Positions 20,524 to 31,668 of a stretch of 64,000 nt of DNA are shown here, piece by piece. Positions within the stretch are counted from its first letter, which is position 1. Every line of letters starts with the position of its first letter. The translations under genes and the position numbers were made by a program. A model generated the notes under the pieces. That model was not told the origin of the DNA. It ran no database searches and was given only the letters and a program-made list of their open reading frames with translations. Origin of the DNA: an uncultured Spirochaetota bacterium (GTDB lineage Bacteria > Spirochaetota > Brevinematia > Brevinematales > JAOACQ01); assembly GCA_963783575.1 (NCBI GenBank), contig CAWAOD010000005.1:160001-224000 (forward strand), written 5' to 3'.

Positions 20524-22384
20524 GTGTCTGAACGGAAATACAGATAATGCAGTACTAGCAAGGGAATTATGGCATAAAATAAAATTGAAGATTTGAATAA
20601 AAAAGCAATACAAAACCGAATAAAAATGCTATAATATATTATCAGATATGGACATGCATCAACCCGACAAAAATATAATTTTTTAAATCTTCGAGGAAAA
20701 ATTTATGAGACAAAACGAAGAAGTACAGAAAAAGATCGGTGAAGTTGATATCAGTGAAATAGTGATTGATTTAACTTGCCGTGAGGTTCCAAAGCTGCTT
20801 ATGGGCCTGAAATATATATATTGCAATCCTGAAATCAAGGACAAAATATTCAAGATATTTGAGGAAATGATACCAGATAAAAAAAAGAAAAGAATCGGAA
20901 GAAAGGGGATGAGTATATGGGAAATCTTTGTGATGGGAATGCTGCGATTGAATTGCAACTGGGACTATGACAAACTCCAGGATCAGGCGAATAATCACAA
21001 AGCTATAAGGCAGATGCTTGGCAAAACTGAGTTTACTGTCGATAGATATGCTTTGCAGACACTCAGGGAGAACATTTCTCTATTCACTCCTGAAATACTA
21101 TCAAAGATTAATGAAGTGGTTGTTAAAGCCGGCCACGATCTTATTGGGGAAAAAGCAAAAAAAGGTTTAAAAGTGAAGGTTGATTCCTTTGTTGTTGAAA
21201 CAGACGTTCATTTCCCGACAGATATCAGTCTTCTGTTTGATGCCATGAGAAAGGTAATTACAGGTATAGTCGGATTCTTTAAAAATGCAGGTCTAACAGG
21301 TTTTCGCCAGGGGAAACATACTATCGGGAAGCTTAAAAAAAAAGTTATGAGCATACAAAGGCTGAAACGATCGACTTCAAAAGATCAAGTAAAGATAGGT
21401 AAAAGTGACAAACGGATAAAAAAGGAATACAGGAATTATCTCAAGGATATCGAAAATATTCTCTTGAAAGTAACAGATTCTCTAAAGATGGTTACAAATA
21501 TACCATTGGAAATGACATTAGAACATTATATTAGGCTGGCTCTAAAGCTGATGGATCAAGTCAACAGACGGGTACTGAAAGGTGAGGTTATCCATCACGA
21601 AGAGAAAATATTTTCGATTTTCGAGCCTCATACAGAGTGGATCAGTAAAGGAAAAGCCGGAGTACCACAGGAACTTGGAGTCCGGGTTTGTGTGGTGCAG
21701 GATCAGTTTGGTTTTATGCTTAATCACATGGTTATGGAAAAGAAGACTGACGAAGCGGTGGCAGTTAGTATTATGGAAGAAACTATTTCTGTATTTAATA
21801 ACATCAGACAGGTGAGCTATGATAAAGGATTTTACAGTCCTGAAAACAAGAGCAAACTGGGAAAAATGGTGGATAAACTGATTATGACAAGGAAAGGCAA
21901 GCTAACGATTGATGAAAAGGAGCGGGAAAAAACAGAGGAGTACCGGGTGGCAAAACGGGCACATAGAGCTGTGGAGTCAGGGATCAGCGCCATGGAAAAT
22001 CATGGTTTGGACAGATGCCTTGACCATGGAATAGTTGGGTTTAAGAGGTATGTCAGTTTGTCTTTTGTCGCCAGGAACATTCAGATTATGGGACATATCC
22101 TTGTGCAGAAAGAGATAAAGAGGCAGGAAAGAGAGGCACGCCTCCCGGGAAAAAAGAAAATTATGAAGGCAGCATAGATTTTCCGGCTAATTTGATATCT
22201 AAGGGTATAGTCTGCCCATAAGCTTTTAAAATGTTATATTTTGGTTTTTTTTGTATTAATTCTTAGATACGGTGCAAAGTATTTAATAAGTTTTGTTTCA
22301 GGAAAAATTTTTGTAATCAGGAAAATAGCATAACTGAGCTTTTGATTTAGAAATTTTTTAAAATTGGAGTTTCCGTTCAGGCAC
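20524..22384 (+). mobile_element. Insertion sequence (ISNCY/IS5-like DDE), 1861 bp
   Basis: Inverted repeats GTGTCTGAACGGAAA / TTTCCGTTCAGGCAC. 6-bp direct repeat TAATTA at 20518-20523 and 22385-22390. Confidence 0.88.
20705..22177 (+). CDS. DDE transposase
   Basis: VDSFVVETDVHFPTD, KIFSIFEPHTEWISKGK, SYDKGF and HRAVESGI motifs. Confidence 0.9.
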   Translation: MRQNEEVQKKIGEVDISEIVIDLTCREVPKLLMGLKYIYCNPEIKDKIFKIFEEMIPDKKKKRIGRKGMSIWEIFVMGMLRLNCNWDYDKLQDQANNHKAIRQMLGKTEFTVDRYALQTLRENISLFTPEILSKINEVVVKAGHDLIGEKAKKGLKVKVDSFVVETDVHFPTDISLLFDAMRKVITGIVGFFKNAGLTGFRQGKHTIGKLKKKVMSIQRLKRSTSKDQVKIGKSDKRIKKEYRNYLKDIENILLKVTDSLKMVTNIPLEMTLEHYIRLALKLMDQVNRRVLKGEVIHHEEKIFSIFEPHTEWISKGKAGVPQELGVRVCVVQDQFGFMLNHMVMEKKTDEAVAVSIMEETISVFNNIRQVSYDKGFYSPENKSKLGKMVDKLIMTRKGKLTIDEKEREKTEEYRVAKRAHRAVESGISAMENHGLDRCLDHGIVGFKRYVSLSFVARNIQIMGHILVQKEIKRQEREARLPGKKKIMKAA

Positions 22385-22462
22385 TAATTAGTTATATTTA
22401 GATCACCTTTTTTTAATAGTAAAATAAATTTAGTAAAAACATTTATAAGAAGGAAGGGCAAT

Positions 22463-23656
22463 ATGAACAAGGTTAGAATAATTTTATTGATGATAGTTGT
22501 CTTAATTCCCGTAATTAGCGCAACATTTCTGATAAAAGGAAAAATCTTTTCTGAAATAATGAAAACGGATATTCTGGCCGTTTCTAATGAGGGAGCCCTT
22601 ATGGATCTAGCTGAACGAGAAAAAGATAAACAAATGATTCGCAAAGCCGTCGAGGATGTTTTTGATGCTTATAACAGCACAGATGATGCCAGAATCACTT
22701 CAGTCCTTCATCAGTATATAAATCCGGATCAATGCAGGCTTGTTTTAATTCATATACCGGACTACGCGAACAGCATCAATGTAAACGGCAACGTCATTTA
22801 TAAGGACGGAATTGATTTTAGAAATAACAGATTTACTCTGGGAGATAATGACATTTTTACTACTTCTCCTGATCCCCTGTTAACCGGTTATATGAACGGA
22901 TATGCCGATGGGAGCGTTTCGATTCCAGACAAAAAAGTCGAAAAAGGCCCGTGGAAAATCTTTTGCAGCCTATATAAGATCGGAGACAAATGGTTTATCG
23001 AATATCTAATACTTGAAAAGTTTGATATGATTAAACTGGAATACTATACCCAATTACCTAAGGATTACGGGAAAGAACCGGATAAAAAATGGCCTTTGAT
23101 TGTATTCATGCACGGTGCCGGGGAAAGAGGAGGAACGCTTGATGACGTTAAAAAAATTAATCACAGTATTCCGATGGTAGCTTCAACCGCCAAGGATTTT
23201 CCTTTTATTGCAGTGTCTCCTTTGTGCCCTTCACTTTATCCATGGAAAAATTTGCCATACTCAATTAGTAATATGATAGATGAACTATCTGCAAAATATA
23301 ATATTGATGAGGATAGAATTTATTTGACCGGTTTAAGCCTTGGCGGCATTGGCACCTGGAGCATAGCCCTGCAGTTTCCTGATATGTTTGCCGCAATAGC
23401 ACCGGTTTGCGGAAGTGTGGACCCGGATAAGGTGGAAAAACTGAAGAATCTTCCGATTTGGGCTTTTCATGGCGCAAAAGATACCATAGTCCCAATGGAT
23501 GAGGAGCAGAAAGCGGTTGATGTATTAAAGGCTTGCGGTGGCAATATTCGATATACAGTTTATCCTGATGTGGAGCATGATGCATGGAATAAAGCATATC
23601 CGAATATGGAATTGTATGACTGGTTTCTGCAGCATTCACGGATGAAGAATAAATAA
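22463..23656 (+). CDS. Secreted alpha/beta hydrolase (esterase/peptidase-like C-terminal domain)
   Basis: PLIVFMHGAGERG, GLSLGG nucleophile elbow, FHGAKD and H-D-A-W. Confidence 0.85.
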   Translation: MNKVRIILLMIVVLIPVISATFLIKGKIFSEIMKTDILAVSNEGALMDLAEREKDKQMIRKAVEDVFDAYNSTDDARITSVLHQYINPDQCRLVLIHIPDYANSINVNGNVIYKDGIDFRNNRFTLGDNDIFTTSPDPLLTGYMNGYADGSVSIPDKKVEKGPWKIFCSLYKIGDKWFIEYLILEKFDMIKLEYYTQLPKDYGKEPDKKWPLIVFMHGAGERGGTLDDVKKINHSIPMVASTAKDFPFIAVSPLCPSLYPWKNLPYSISNMIDELSAKYNIDEDRIYLTGLSLGGIGTWSIALQFPDMFAAIAPVCGSVDPDKVEKLKNLPIWAFHGAKDTIVPMDEEQKAVDVLKACGGNIRYTVYPDVEHDAWNKAYPNMELYDWFLQHSRMKNK

Positions 23657-23742
23657 AGACTTTTGCAGTTATCAGGGGATCGGGCGAATGATAAGTTATA
23701 AATATATTGAATTCAGGTTAAAAAATAAAGGAGGTTATTAAT

Positions 23743-24171
23743 ATGTTAAAAAAAGAAATGGTAATTCTATTGCTGTTTAGCGTATTTATTGAAGCAGGAT
23801 GTTCCAAACAAAATGCCGGGGACATAAAGGCTATCCGGAAAACAGTGCAGGATTATTGCGAAGGATTTCAGACTGGTGATGCCGACAGGATGGCTAAATC
23901 AGTGCATCAGAATTTGGCGAAAAGAATGGTAAGCAGCCCGGAACAAGACAGTGTATTGAACGAATTAAACAAAGATCAAATGATTGAAATAACAAAATCC
24001 ATAGGAAAAGGCGCAAAAATAAAATATGAGATGAAAATACTGGACATAGATGGTAACATTGCTTCGGTAAAAACCAAAGGCCGTTTCATCGATTATTTAC
24101 ATTTGGCAAAATTTAATAATGAATGGGTTATCATAAATGTACTTTGGGAAAATCATACTAATAAAATGTAA
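23743..24171 (+). CDS. NTF2-like (lumazine-binding-like) lipoprotein
   Basis: AGC lipobox. DYCEGF..GD and DYLHLAKFNNEWVIIN. Confidence 0.75.
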   Translation: MLKKEMVILLLFSVFIEAGCSKQNAGDIKAIRKTVQDYCEGFQTGDADRMAKSVHQNLAKRMVSSPEQDSVLNELNKDQMIEITKSIGKGAKIKYEMKILDIDGNIASVKTKGRFIDYLHLAKFNNEWVIINVLWENHTNKM

Positions 24172-24439
24172 ACAGCAAGGGAGAAGGTAGATCTTGATAT
24201 GGCTTTTATCTATTCGCTTTATTCAAGCTTTACTCTGTCCCACAAAGGCAAACTTTTAGATACCACCCCGGGGAGATTAATGTTGGCTTACAAATCCATA
24301 CTTGAAAGAACTGCTTAATCTTCGAAAAAAAGTTGCTTTGATCAATATAATCCAGCCATATAGTAGTTTCAATTATCTGTTGTAAAATCATTTCTCATAC
24401 CTTGATCGAATGTTATTTTAAAAAATATTTTTATACATC

Positions 24440-24500
24440 TTGACAAATCCATTTTTTTATTTTATATTAAACATTGCTTATAACATTGTTTAAAACATTG
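24440..24500 (+). promoter_or_regulatory. Sigma70 promoter plus three AACATTG repeats at 12-bp period (probable TetR operator)
   Basis: TTGACA at 24440, then 17 nt, then TATATT at 24463. AACATTG at 24470, 24482 and 24494. Confidence 0.55.
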
Positions 24501-24517
24501 ATTTGAAAGGAGATTTT

Positions 24518-25135
24518 ATGAAAAGAAACTTGGATAAATCTACCAGGGAACATATCCTGAAAAAAACAATGGATTTGCTTTTCAGCACTATGCCGGAAAA
24601 ATTGACTTCAAGGGGTATCTCGGAAGCATCCGGCGTTAATGTAGCAGCCATTAATTATTATTTTCAGAGTAAAGATAAACTGGTTGATGAAGCGGTTGAG
24701 ACTGGAACGGAGATTGCCTTCAGAAAGGGAATGGAAATACTCATGACGGAAGGTAATGATCCCAGAAAAAGACTTTCCGATTTCCTGACCGGTTATGCGC
24801 ATGGGTCGATGGAATATCCCAGACTCACCCGGGCAGCTTTTAATAACCTCTTTTTAAAGGAAGCTGAAAGCAATCCTTTCGGCCGCTATAGTAAAGAAAT
24901 GATTGAAAATATCGGAAAGGTTATAGGAGAAGCATCAGGATCAACCGATCAGGAAAAAAATAAAAACAAGGCATTAATGATGGTTGGAAGTGTCATTTTC
25001 CCATTTTTGATCCCCAAAACATTGCTGGAATCGGGGATAATTGATTATGGAAACGCTGAAAAACGGAATATATATATTGACGATATGATAGATTTATTAA
25101 TGGAAAATTATATTAAGGAGACGGGTCATGCCTAA
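24518..25135 (+). CDS. TetR/AcrR-family regulator
   Basis: TSRGISEASGVNVAAINYYFQSKDKL HTH. Confidence 0.88.
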   Translation: MKRNLDKSTREHILKKTMDLLFSTMPEKLTSRGISEASGVNVAAINYYFQSKDKLVDEAVETGTEIAFRKGMEILMTEGNDPRKRLSDFLTGYAHGSMEYPRLTRAAFNNLFLKEAESNPFGRYSKEMIENIGKVIGEASGSTDQEKNKNKALMMVGSVIFPFLIPKTLLESGIIDYGNAEKRNIYIDDMIDLLMENYIKETGHA

Positions 25136-26609
25136 AAAAATTATTATTATTGGAGCAGGTATCGCCGGACTATCAGCGGGTTGCTACGCCAGAATGAATG
25201 GTTATGAAACGGAAACCTTTGAGATGCATACATTGCCCGGCGGTGTTTGTACCGGCTGGAGAAGGAATGGATATACCTTCGATGGCTGTATGCACTGGTT
25301 AATCGGATCATCAACCGAAAATCCTTACCACCGTATATGGGAAGAGCTTGGGGCCCTGGAGGGAAAGAAAATAACCAACCATGAAGAATTCTGCCGGATG
25401 GTTCTAAGGGACGGGCATGTACTTTCGCAGTATGGAAATATTCCACAGCTGATCAACCATCTGAAGGCGGAGTTTCCTGAAGATTCCGGGGAGCTCGATG
25501 CGATGGAGAAGGATATATTATTATTCTGTGAGCTCAGAATGCCGCTGGGATCGGCAAAACCCATGAGTTTATGGAAGAAAATTAAAGGATTCTCAAAGAT
25601 TAAACCTTATCTTCCTCTTTTTAAAAAGTACTCCTGTAATATTGAAACCTTTGTTCGGAAATTTAATAATCCTGACCTTCGGGAATTTATACTCGCCATT
25701 ATACCGATGCCGGATTTTCCAGCAACTTCACTGCTCGGAATAATGTCTGTTTTGCATAAAAAGGAAGCAGGATGGCCTGAAGGAGGTTCTCTTGAGTTCG
25801 CGAAATCTATCGAGAAACGATACACAGACTTGGGAGGAACAATCCATTACGGATACCGGGTTAATGAAATAATTGTAAACCGCGGAAGAGCTACGGGAAT
25901 AAGGCTGGCTGATGGAAGCGTACATTTTGCCGATGATGTGATTGGAGCCGCCGACGGCCATTCCACAATCTTCGGTATGCTACATGGAAAATATGTTAAC
26001 GGCAGGATCAGGAAAGATTACGAAACCATGCCGCTTTATGATCCGATAGTCCAGGTATCCTTCGGGGTCAAAAAAAATATCGATCTTCCAAGGCTGACCT
26101 TTTATTGTTTCCAGGAGGGCGTTAAATTTGGTAGTACCAATGTTGGGTGGCTTTGGCTGAATAATTACGGCTTTGACCCGGCTATGGCCCCGGCAGGGAA
26201 GTGTCCTCTCACTGTGATTTTTATGAGTCCATTCGACATATGGGAAAAATTAAATGATAATAAAGATGCTTACCTCGAGGAGAAAAACAGGGTACTTGCA
26301 GAAATTACAACCTGGCTGGAATCCAGAATCCCGGGAATAACCGATGCCATTGAGGTAACAGATGTCGCGACGCCATTGACAACCGTGCGTTATACCGCGA
26401 ATTACCGCGGTTCTTTTGAGGGATGGCGGCCTACTGTTTGTACCATGCAGAAAAAACTCGCAAGAAAATTACCGGGTTTGAAAAACTTCACCATGATCGG
26501 ACAATGGACTGCCGGTTTTTCCGGACTTCCATCTGTTGCCAGGGACGGAAGAATTGTCATCGAGGAATTGTGTATCAGGGACGGAAAGGAATTTATGACA
26601 AGCATATAA
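25128..26609 (+). CDS. NAD(P)/FAD-dependent oxidoreductase, phytoene desaturase-like
   Basis: GAGIAGL Rossmann motif, PGG..W.R.GYTFD, ATPLT..RYT.N..GS and PGLKNF.MIGQW. Confidence 0.88.
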   Translation: MPKKIIIIGAGIAGLSAGCYARMNGYETETFEMHTLPGGVCTGWRRNGYTFDGCMHWLIGSSTENPYHRIWEELGALEGKKITNHEEFCRMVLRDGHVLSQYGNIPQLINHLKAEFPEDSGELDAMEKDILLFCELRMPLGSAKPMSLWKKIKGFSKIKPYLPLFKKYSCNIETFVRKFNNPDLREFILAIIPMPDFPATSLLGIMSVLHKKEAGWPEGGSLEFAKSIEKRYTDLGGTIHYGYRVNEIIVNRGRATGIRLADGSVHFADDVIGAADGHSTIFGMLHGKYVNGRIRKDYETMPLYDPIVQVSFGVKKNIDLPRLTFYCFQEGVKFGSTNVGWLWLNNYGFDPAMAPAGKCPLTVIFMSPFDIWEKLNDNKDAYLEEKNRVLAEITTWLESRIPGITDAIEVTDVATPLTTVRYTANYRGSFEGWRPTVCTMQKKLARKLPGLKNFTMIGQWTAGFSGLPSVARDGRIVIEELCIRDGKEFMTSI

Positions 26610-26999
26610 CGGCTTCTCATTTAACGGTATCGTTTGAGGGAGGAGATTTATTCCGGTATGGTCTTTTTTAATTGTTCAAAATCCTGTTGTGAGGCTTTAT
26701 CAAACTTATCAAGACACTCGCCGGAATTGACTGCCGACGAGTGTCCTTCCTTATTTTATTCCAAATATCAACCAAACATACGGTATGTCCTTTAATTTGG
26801 TTCATTCACCACATTCCGGCTTAATATGCTCACAGTCCAGATTTTCTTCCAAGCCTCAGTAAACACATTTTTTTACAATCTATCAACTGCTTATCCTTAC
26901 GAAGAATATCCGACCATAAAATGATACCATCGCTAAGTTGTTGGATTTTGACTTGATTTTCATTTCTTCTTATACTAAAATAAGTCTGTTAAAGAATGG

Positions 27000-27929
27000 A
27001 TGAGAAAAATGAAAGATTTTACTAAAAACAGGGATTATTTTTCTAAAAAAGTTGCAGATTCAGTTAGCGCAATATTATCCTATTGGGATAATGACCAGGT
27101 ATGCAGGTTTGTAAATCATGCTTTTTTGGATTGGTTTGGTAAAAAAAGTGAAGATATTATTGATAAATTGACAATAAAAGAATTATTGGGGCCGGTTTAT
27201 CAAATAAGCTTGCCGTATTTAAAAAAAGCATACAGGGGTTTAGTTCAGGAATTTGAACGCGAGATACCATCTCCGGTTGGAGAAGTAAGATATACCATAA
27301 CAACTTATACACCGGTTGTAGAAAATGGAGAAGTTATAGGAATAATTTCCCATATTGCAGATATTACCTATTTAAAAAAAATGGAAATGGAGCTTAAAAG
27401 AGCAAAAGAAAAAGCCGAGGAATCAGCAACGCATGATTTTTTAACAGGCCTGCCAAACAGGGTTTTTCTCCATGATAGAATTCGAAATGGTATTTCGTTG
27501 GCCGAAAGAAATGGAACAATGATAGGAGTATTGCTGATTGATATTGATAATTTTAAAGCGATAAATGATACTTTCGGGCATTTATCCGGGGATGAAGTAT
27601 TGAAAGAAATAGCAAACAGGTTAAAATCAGCGATAAGAAAATACGATACGGTATTCCGGGTCGGAGGAGATGAATTTCTTGTTCTGTCAATTGAAATTAA
27701 AAAAATAGATCAAATTGATATCCTGGCAAAGCGCCTTTTAAAATTAGCCAGATTGCCATTAATTATAAAAAATATGACTATTCAACCCCTATTTAGTATT
27801 GGAATAGCTGTTTATCCTGAAAATACCGGAACTCCTGATGAATTGATAAATAATGCGGATAAAGCATTATATAAATCTAAAGAATCAGGGAAAAACTGTT
27901 ATTATTTTAGTAATTTAACTAATGCATAA
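27000..27929 (+). CDS. PAS-GGDEF diguanylate cyclase
   Basis: PAS-like N-terminus. HDFLTGLPNR, DIDNFKAINDTFGH and RVGGDEF. Confidence 0.92.
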   Translation: MRKMKDFTKNRDYFSKKVADSVSAILSYWDNDQVCRFVNHAFLDWFGKKSEDIIDKLTIKELLGPVYQISLPYLKKAYRGLVQEFEREIPSPVGEVRYTITTYTPVVENGEVIGIISHIADITYLKKMEMELKRAKEKAEESATHDFLTGLPNRVFLHDRIRNGISLAERNGTMIGVLLIDIDNFKAINDTFGHLSGDEVLKEIANRLKSAIRKYDTVFRVGGDEFLVLSIEIKKIDQIDILAKRLLKLARLPLIIKNMTIQPLFSIGIAVYPENTGTPDELINNADKALYKSKESGKNCYYFSNLTNA

Positions 27930-30147
27930 CAAAAATAAATACTATGATAACATCAAAAGTATCATGAGGGAGGGGAGATTATGAAATTATGTGTTATTTT
28001 TAAACAGGGTAATAAGTTATTAAACTTTGAAATAAAAACTTTTGACAATACGAATACTATTAACAGGGGGTTGCAATGAAACAAATTGACCTTCTTTTCA
28101 ATATTCTGGAGCAGAACAACATCTATGAAGACGGATCTGATCTAAACATAATACTAAACAAGATGGTGCATACGATATCCGAGTTTATGAAATCTACTGT
28201 TTGTTCCATATATTGTATAGATGAGCAATCCGGAGAACTGATCCTATTCGCTACCGCCGGCCTCAACCCGGAAGCAATTGGAAAAATTAAGATGAAAATA
28301 ACTGAAGGCCTCGCCGGTCTTGCGCTGAGGGAATCAAGGGTAATTTACGATGAGCGGGGTTCAACTAATCCGAATTTCAAAAGTATTCCCGGAATCAATG
28401 AGGAGAAATACGATATTTACCTTGTTCTGCCCATTGAAAAAGGGATCACGAAAATAGGAATTATCATTCTTCAGCGGGAAATAGGAAAAACTTTTACAAA
28501 AAGCGAAATCAGGTTGTCAAAAGCCGTCTCTTCTTATCTGGCTGTATTGATTGAAAATGCCAGGTTAATGAACGATATAGGCAGCCTGTACAAGGCTAAA
28601 AGTCATAAAATTGTAAAAACCGGGATTGATGCCACTTATAATATCATTCAGGGAAAAACTGCGTCTGAAGGGTATAATTATTCCGAGATATACAAAATCA
28701 GCCAGACAAATCCTTTTTTTATAAAAGAGAGCCTGAATAAGAAATACACCAGGGAAGAATTTATCGAAGCCTGAATTCGACTGAAAAAGAAATAGCCAAA
28801 CTTCAGAAGATGATTGAGAAGGATTTCTCCGAAGCGGCTTCGCTTATTTTCGGAACCTATCTTATGATGCTTCGTGATAGTAATTTCAGCGGAGAAATGC
28901 TGAAGCTGATTGATAGCGGCGAAAATCCCCCCATCGCTATAATAAAAATTGCGAAGAACTATATTAAACTTCTTTTGAATAGTCCCAATGATTATATTAA
29001 AGAAAAGGCGAAAGACATAGAAGACATAACAAAAAGGATTTTGAATAATCTCTTGAAAAAAGAAGACGGCATTTCAGGCATTATGAACAAAATCGTCATT
29101 GCCCCTGAACTTCTTCTTTCCGATCTTTTCCGCCTTTATTCGGAGAAAGCGGGGGGGATTATTCTTCTGAAGGGAGGTGTGACATCCCATTTCTCGATCC
29201 TTGCCCGTACCCTGCACATACCTGTCATAATAGTGGAAGACCCGGGTATCCTGGAACTGCCGGATTCAACCAGGATTTTAATGGACAGCGAGACCGGTAA
29301 TATTTACATTAATCCTTCCAAAGAGATAATAGACGAATACTACCAAATTGAAAAATCAAGAAAAGAACTCCTGCATGAAAATATGAAATTGAAACAAAAA
29401 ACCATTACATTGGATGGAGCCGGAATAAACCTGATGATTAATGTAAATCTTCTGAGAGATTTGAAGATCGCGGAGAAGATACCTTACGAAGGTGTGGGGC
29501 TTTACAGGACGGAAATGCCTTTCCTGATAAGAAAGGATTTCCCAGACGAAGAGGAACAATATAAGATATACAAAATACTCATGGACGGTACCAAAGGCAA
29601 AGAAGTGACTTTCAGAACGCTTGATATCGGAGGGGATAAGGTCTTGCCGTACAATAATTTCCCGAAAGAACAAAACCCTTTCCTCGGCCTTCGTTCTATT
29701 CGGTTTTCATTAAGACAAACCGACATTTTCAAACAACAAATCAGGGCCATTCTCCGCGCCGGATACATGTCGAAAATTAGGATTATGTTTCCGATGATAT
29801 CTTCCATTGAAGAATTTGTTGAAGCGAAAAATATCGTCATCGAATGTTCAAAATACCTGGATAGTAAAAATATCCCTCATCATAATAACCCGGAAATCGG
29901 TATGATGATAGAACTTCCTTCTGTTGTGGAGATGATGGATGATTTTTGCGCCGTATCCGATTTTTTTTCAATAGGAACAAATGACTTCATACAATACATT
30001 TTAGCGGTCGATAGAACTAACGATAACGTTTCAAATATGTATATTGCTCACCACCCGGCGGTTCTCAGGGCGCTGAACCTTATTATTACTTCGAGTATAA
30101 ATCATGGTAAGGATATCTCGATTTGCGGCGACATGGCGAACAAACTA

Positions 30148-31280
30148 GTGCTTAATTGCGTAAGTTAACGATAGTATTTCTTAATTGAGAACCTTTCACT
30201 TCCCGTTTTCTCCACACAAAAGGTTTTGCGGTTTCAGTGTATGCTTTAACAAATGCATCTATTGCTTCTCTCAATTCTTCCGTGTTTTTAAAACTGGCGC
30301 CTCTAAGAGCTTTTCGGCTCATAATACCAAACCATATTTCCACCTGATTTAACCAACTTGCCGAAGTAGGCGTGTAATGAAAAAAAACATTCTTATTCCG
30401 GGATAACCATTCATCGTTCTTTTTGTGAATACAATAATTGTCTAAAATTACATGAATTTCTTTATCTTTTGAAACATCTACCACCACTCTATCCATAAAC
30501 TCAAGAAATTCAATACGTCTTTTGTATTCAGTAGTTTGGGTGTGTATTAACCCTGTAGCTACTTCCAGCGCAGCAAATAGGTTCAGCGTTCCATTTCTTT
30601 TATATGTACTTTTGTATCCTCTTACAATTTTTCCATTATCCGTCTCTACATAGCCGGTTGTCCTTTCCAACGCTTGAATACCAGGTTTTTCGTCTACAGA
30701 TATAACCAATGCATTCATCGGCGGATTTAAATACAACCCAATAATATTTGTGGCTTTTGTCGAAAATTCAGGATCAGTGCTGACACACCAACTTCGCTGT
30801 CGGGATAAGCAAATTCCTTCTTTTCTTAAAACCCTCCATACTGCATGCGTTGATGTGTTTAAATGTTTTGCTAAAGCCGGACCATCCCAAATTGCCTGCC
30901 CGATAGGCGGTGTTTTTTCCAGAGTTTCTAAAACTTTGTCCCTGAAATTCTGCCCATATATTTTTGGCTTTCCTGACCTGGGCAGATCATACAATCCATC
31001 AATTCCTTTTTGCTGAAATCTTTTTTTCCAATCAATAACCGTATTTGGTCTTATGTGAAGGTCAGCCGCAATCTCAGATACATTTTGTCCTTTCAGGCTA
31101 TTGACAATTATTTTCGCCCTCTCTACAAGTCGCGCTTCCATAGTTCGGCTTCTCACCCAACTATCAAGAATAATTTCATCCGCTTTGGTGCATGTTATAA
31201 CTTGCGTTTTCTTAGACATACAACCTCCTTTTTTATGTCTAAGATTATAATTAATAACGCTTATTATTGCAATTAAGCAC
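30148..31280 (-). mobile_element. IS630-family insertion sequence
   Basis: Inverted repeats GTGCTTAATTGC / GCAATTAAGCAC. TA duplicated at 30146-30147 and 31281-31282. Confidence 0.92.
30152..31219 (-). CDS. IS630 transposase
   Basis: SVDEKPGIQAL, ILDNY and TPTSASWLNQVEIWF motifs. Confidence 0.95.
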   Translation of the reverse strand: MSKKTQVITCTKADEIILDSWVRSRTMEARLVERAKIIVNSLKGQNVSEIAADLHIRPNTVIDWKKRFQQKGIDGLYDLPRSGKPKIYGQNFRDKVLETLEKTPPIGQAIWDGPALAKHLNTSTHAVWRVLRKEGICLSRQRSWCVSTDPEFSTKATNIIGLYLNPPMNALVISVDEKPGIQALERTTGYVETDNGKIVRGYKSTYKRNGTLNLFAALEVATGLIHTQTTEYKRRIEFLEFMDRVVVDVSKDKEIHVILDNYCIHKKNDEWLSRNKNVFFHYTPTSASWLNQVEIWFGIMSRKALRGASFKNTEELREAIDAFVKAYTETAKPFVWRKREVKGSQLRNTIVNLRN

Positions 31281-31668
31281 TAGAATACCTGACCTTCCTG
31301 ATCGGTTCGGGAATAAGGAAGATCAGCATTGAACCCATGAATTTTCCGAAAGTCCAGGAATTCATCTCTAGTATTGATACAAGTCAAGCGGTACTGCAGG
31401 TTCAAGAGGTCTTAAAAATGAGCACAATTAAAGAGATAGAAACAATATTGATGCGTTCCCACACTACCTAAAATAATTATAATTCACAGGCTTCTGTCAT
31501 CTTCAATTCGACTTCCAATAGCCTTTCTGCTATTTTCTCGATGGTTCCTTTTTTCCCTTCTAGAAATTTGACAACTTTTTCGAACATAAACTAACCTTGC
31601 ATTTAATTCTGGCTTTTCAATGGTTCGATTTGACTCACCGCATCAAAATTCATAATCTGGCGTATGCT

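Larger units (their letters stand above)
28076..31471 (+). pseudogene. ptsP: GAF-containing phosphoenolpyruvate-protein phosphotransferase (EI-Ntr-like), broken near 28770 and interrupted by IS630
   Basis: GAF N-terminus, GGVTSH phospho-His motif, GVGLYRTE, RTLDIGGDK, NPFLGLR, SIGTND and SICG. Removing the IS restores ..MANKLEYLTFLIGSG.. through to the TAA at 31469-31471. Confidence 0.85.

Noticed and set aside
19437..24280. Similar ~60-bp segments at about 19443-19500 and 24222-24278
   Set aside because: Only two degenerate copies with no clear structure or ORF. Probably remnants of a decayed gene or element.
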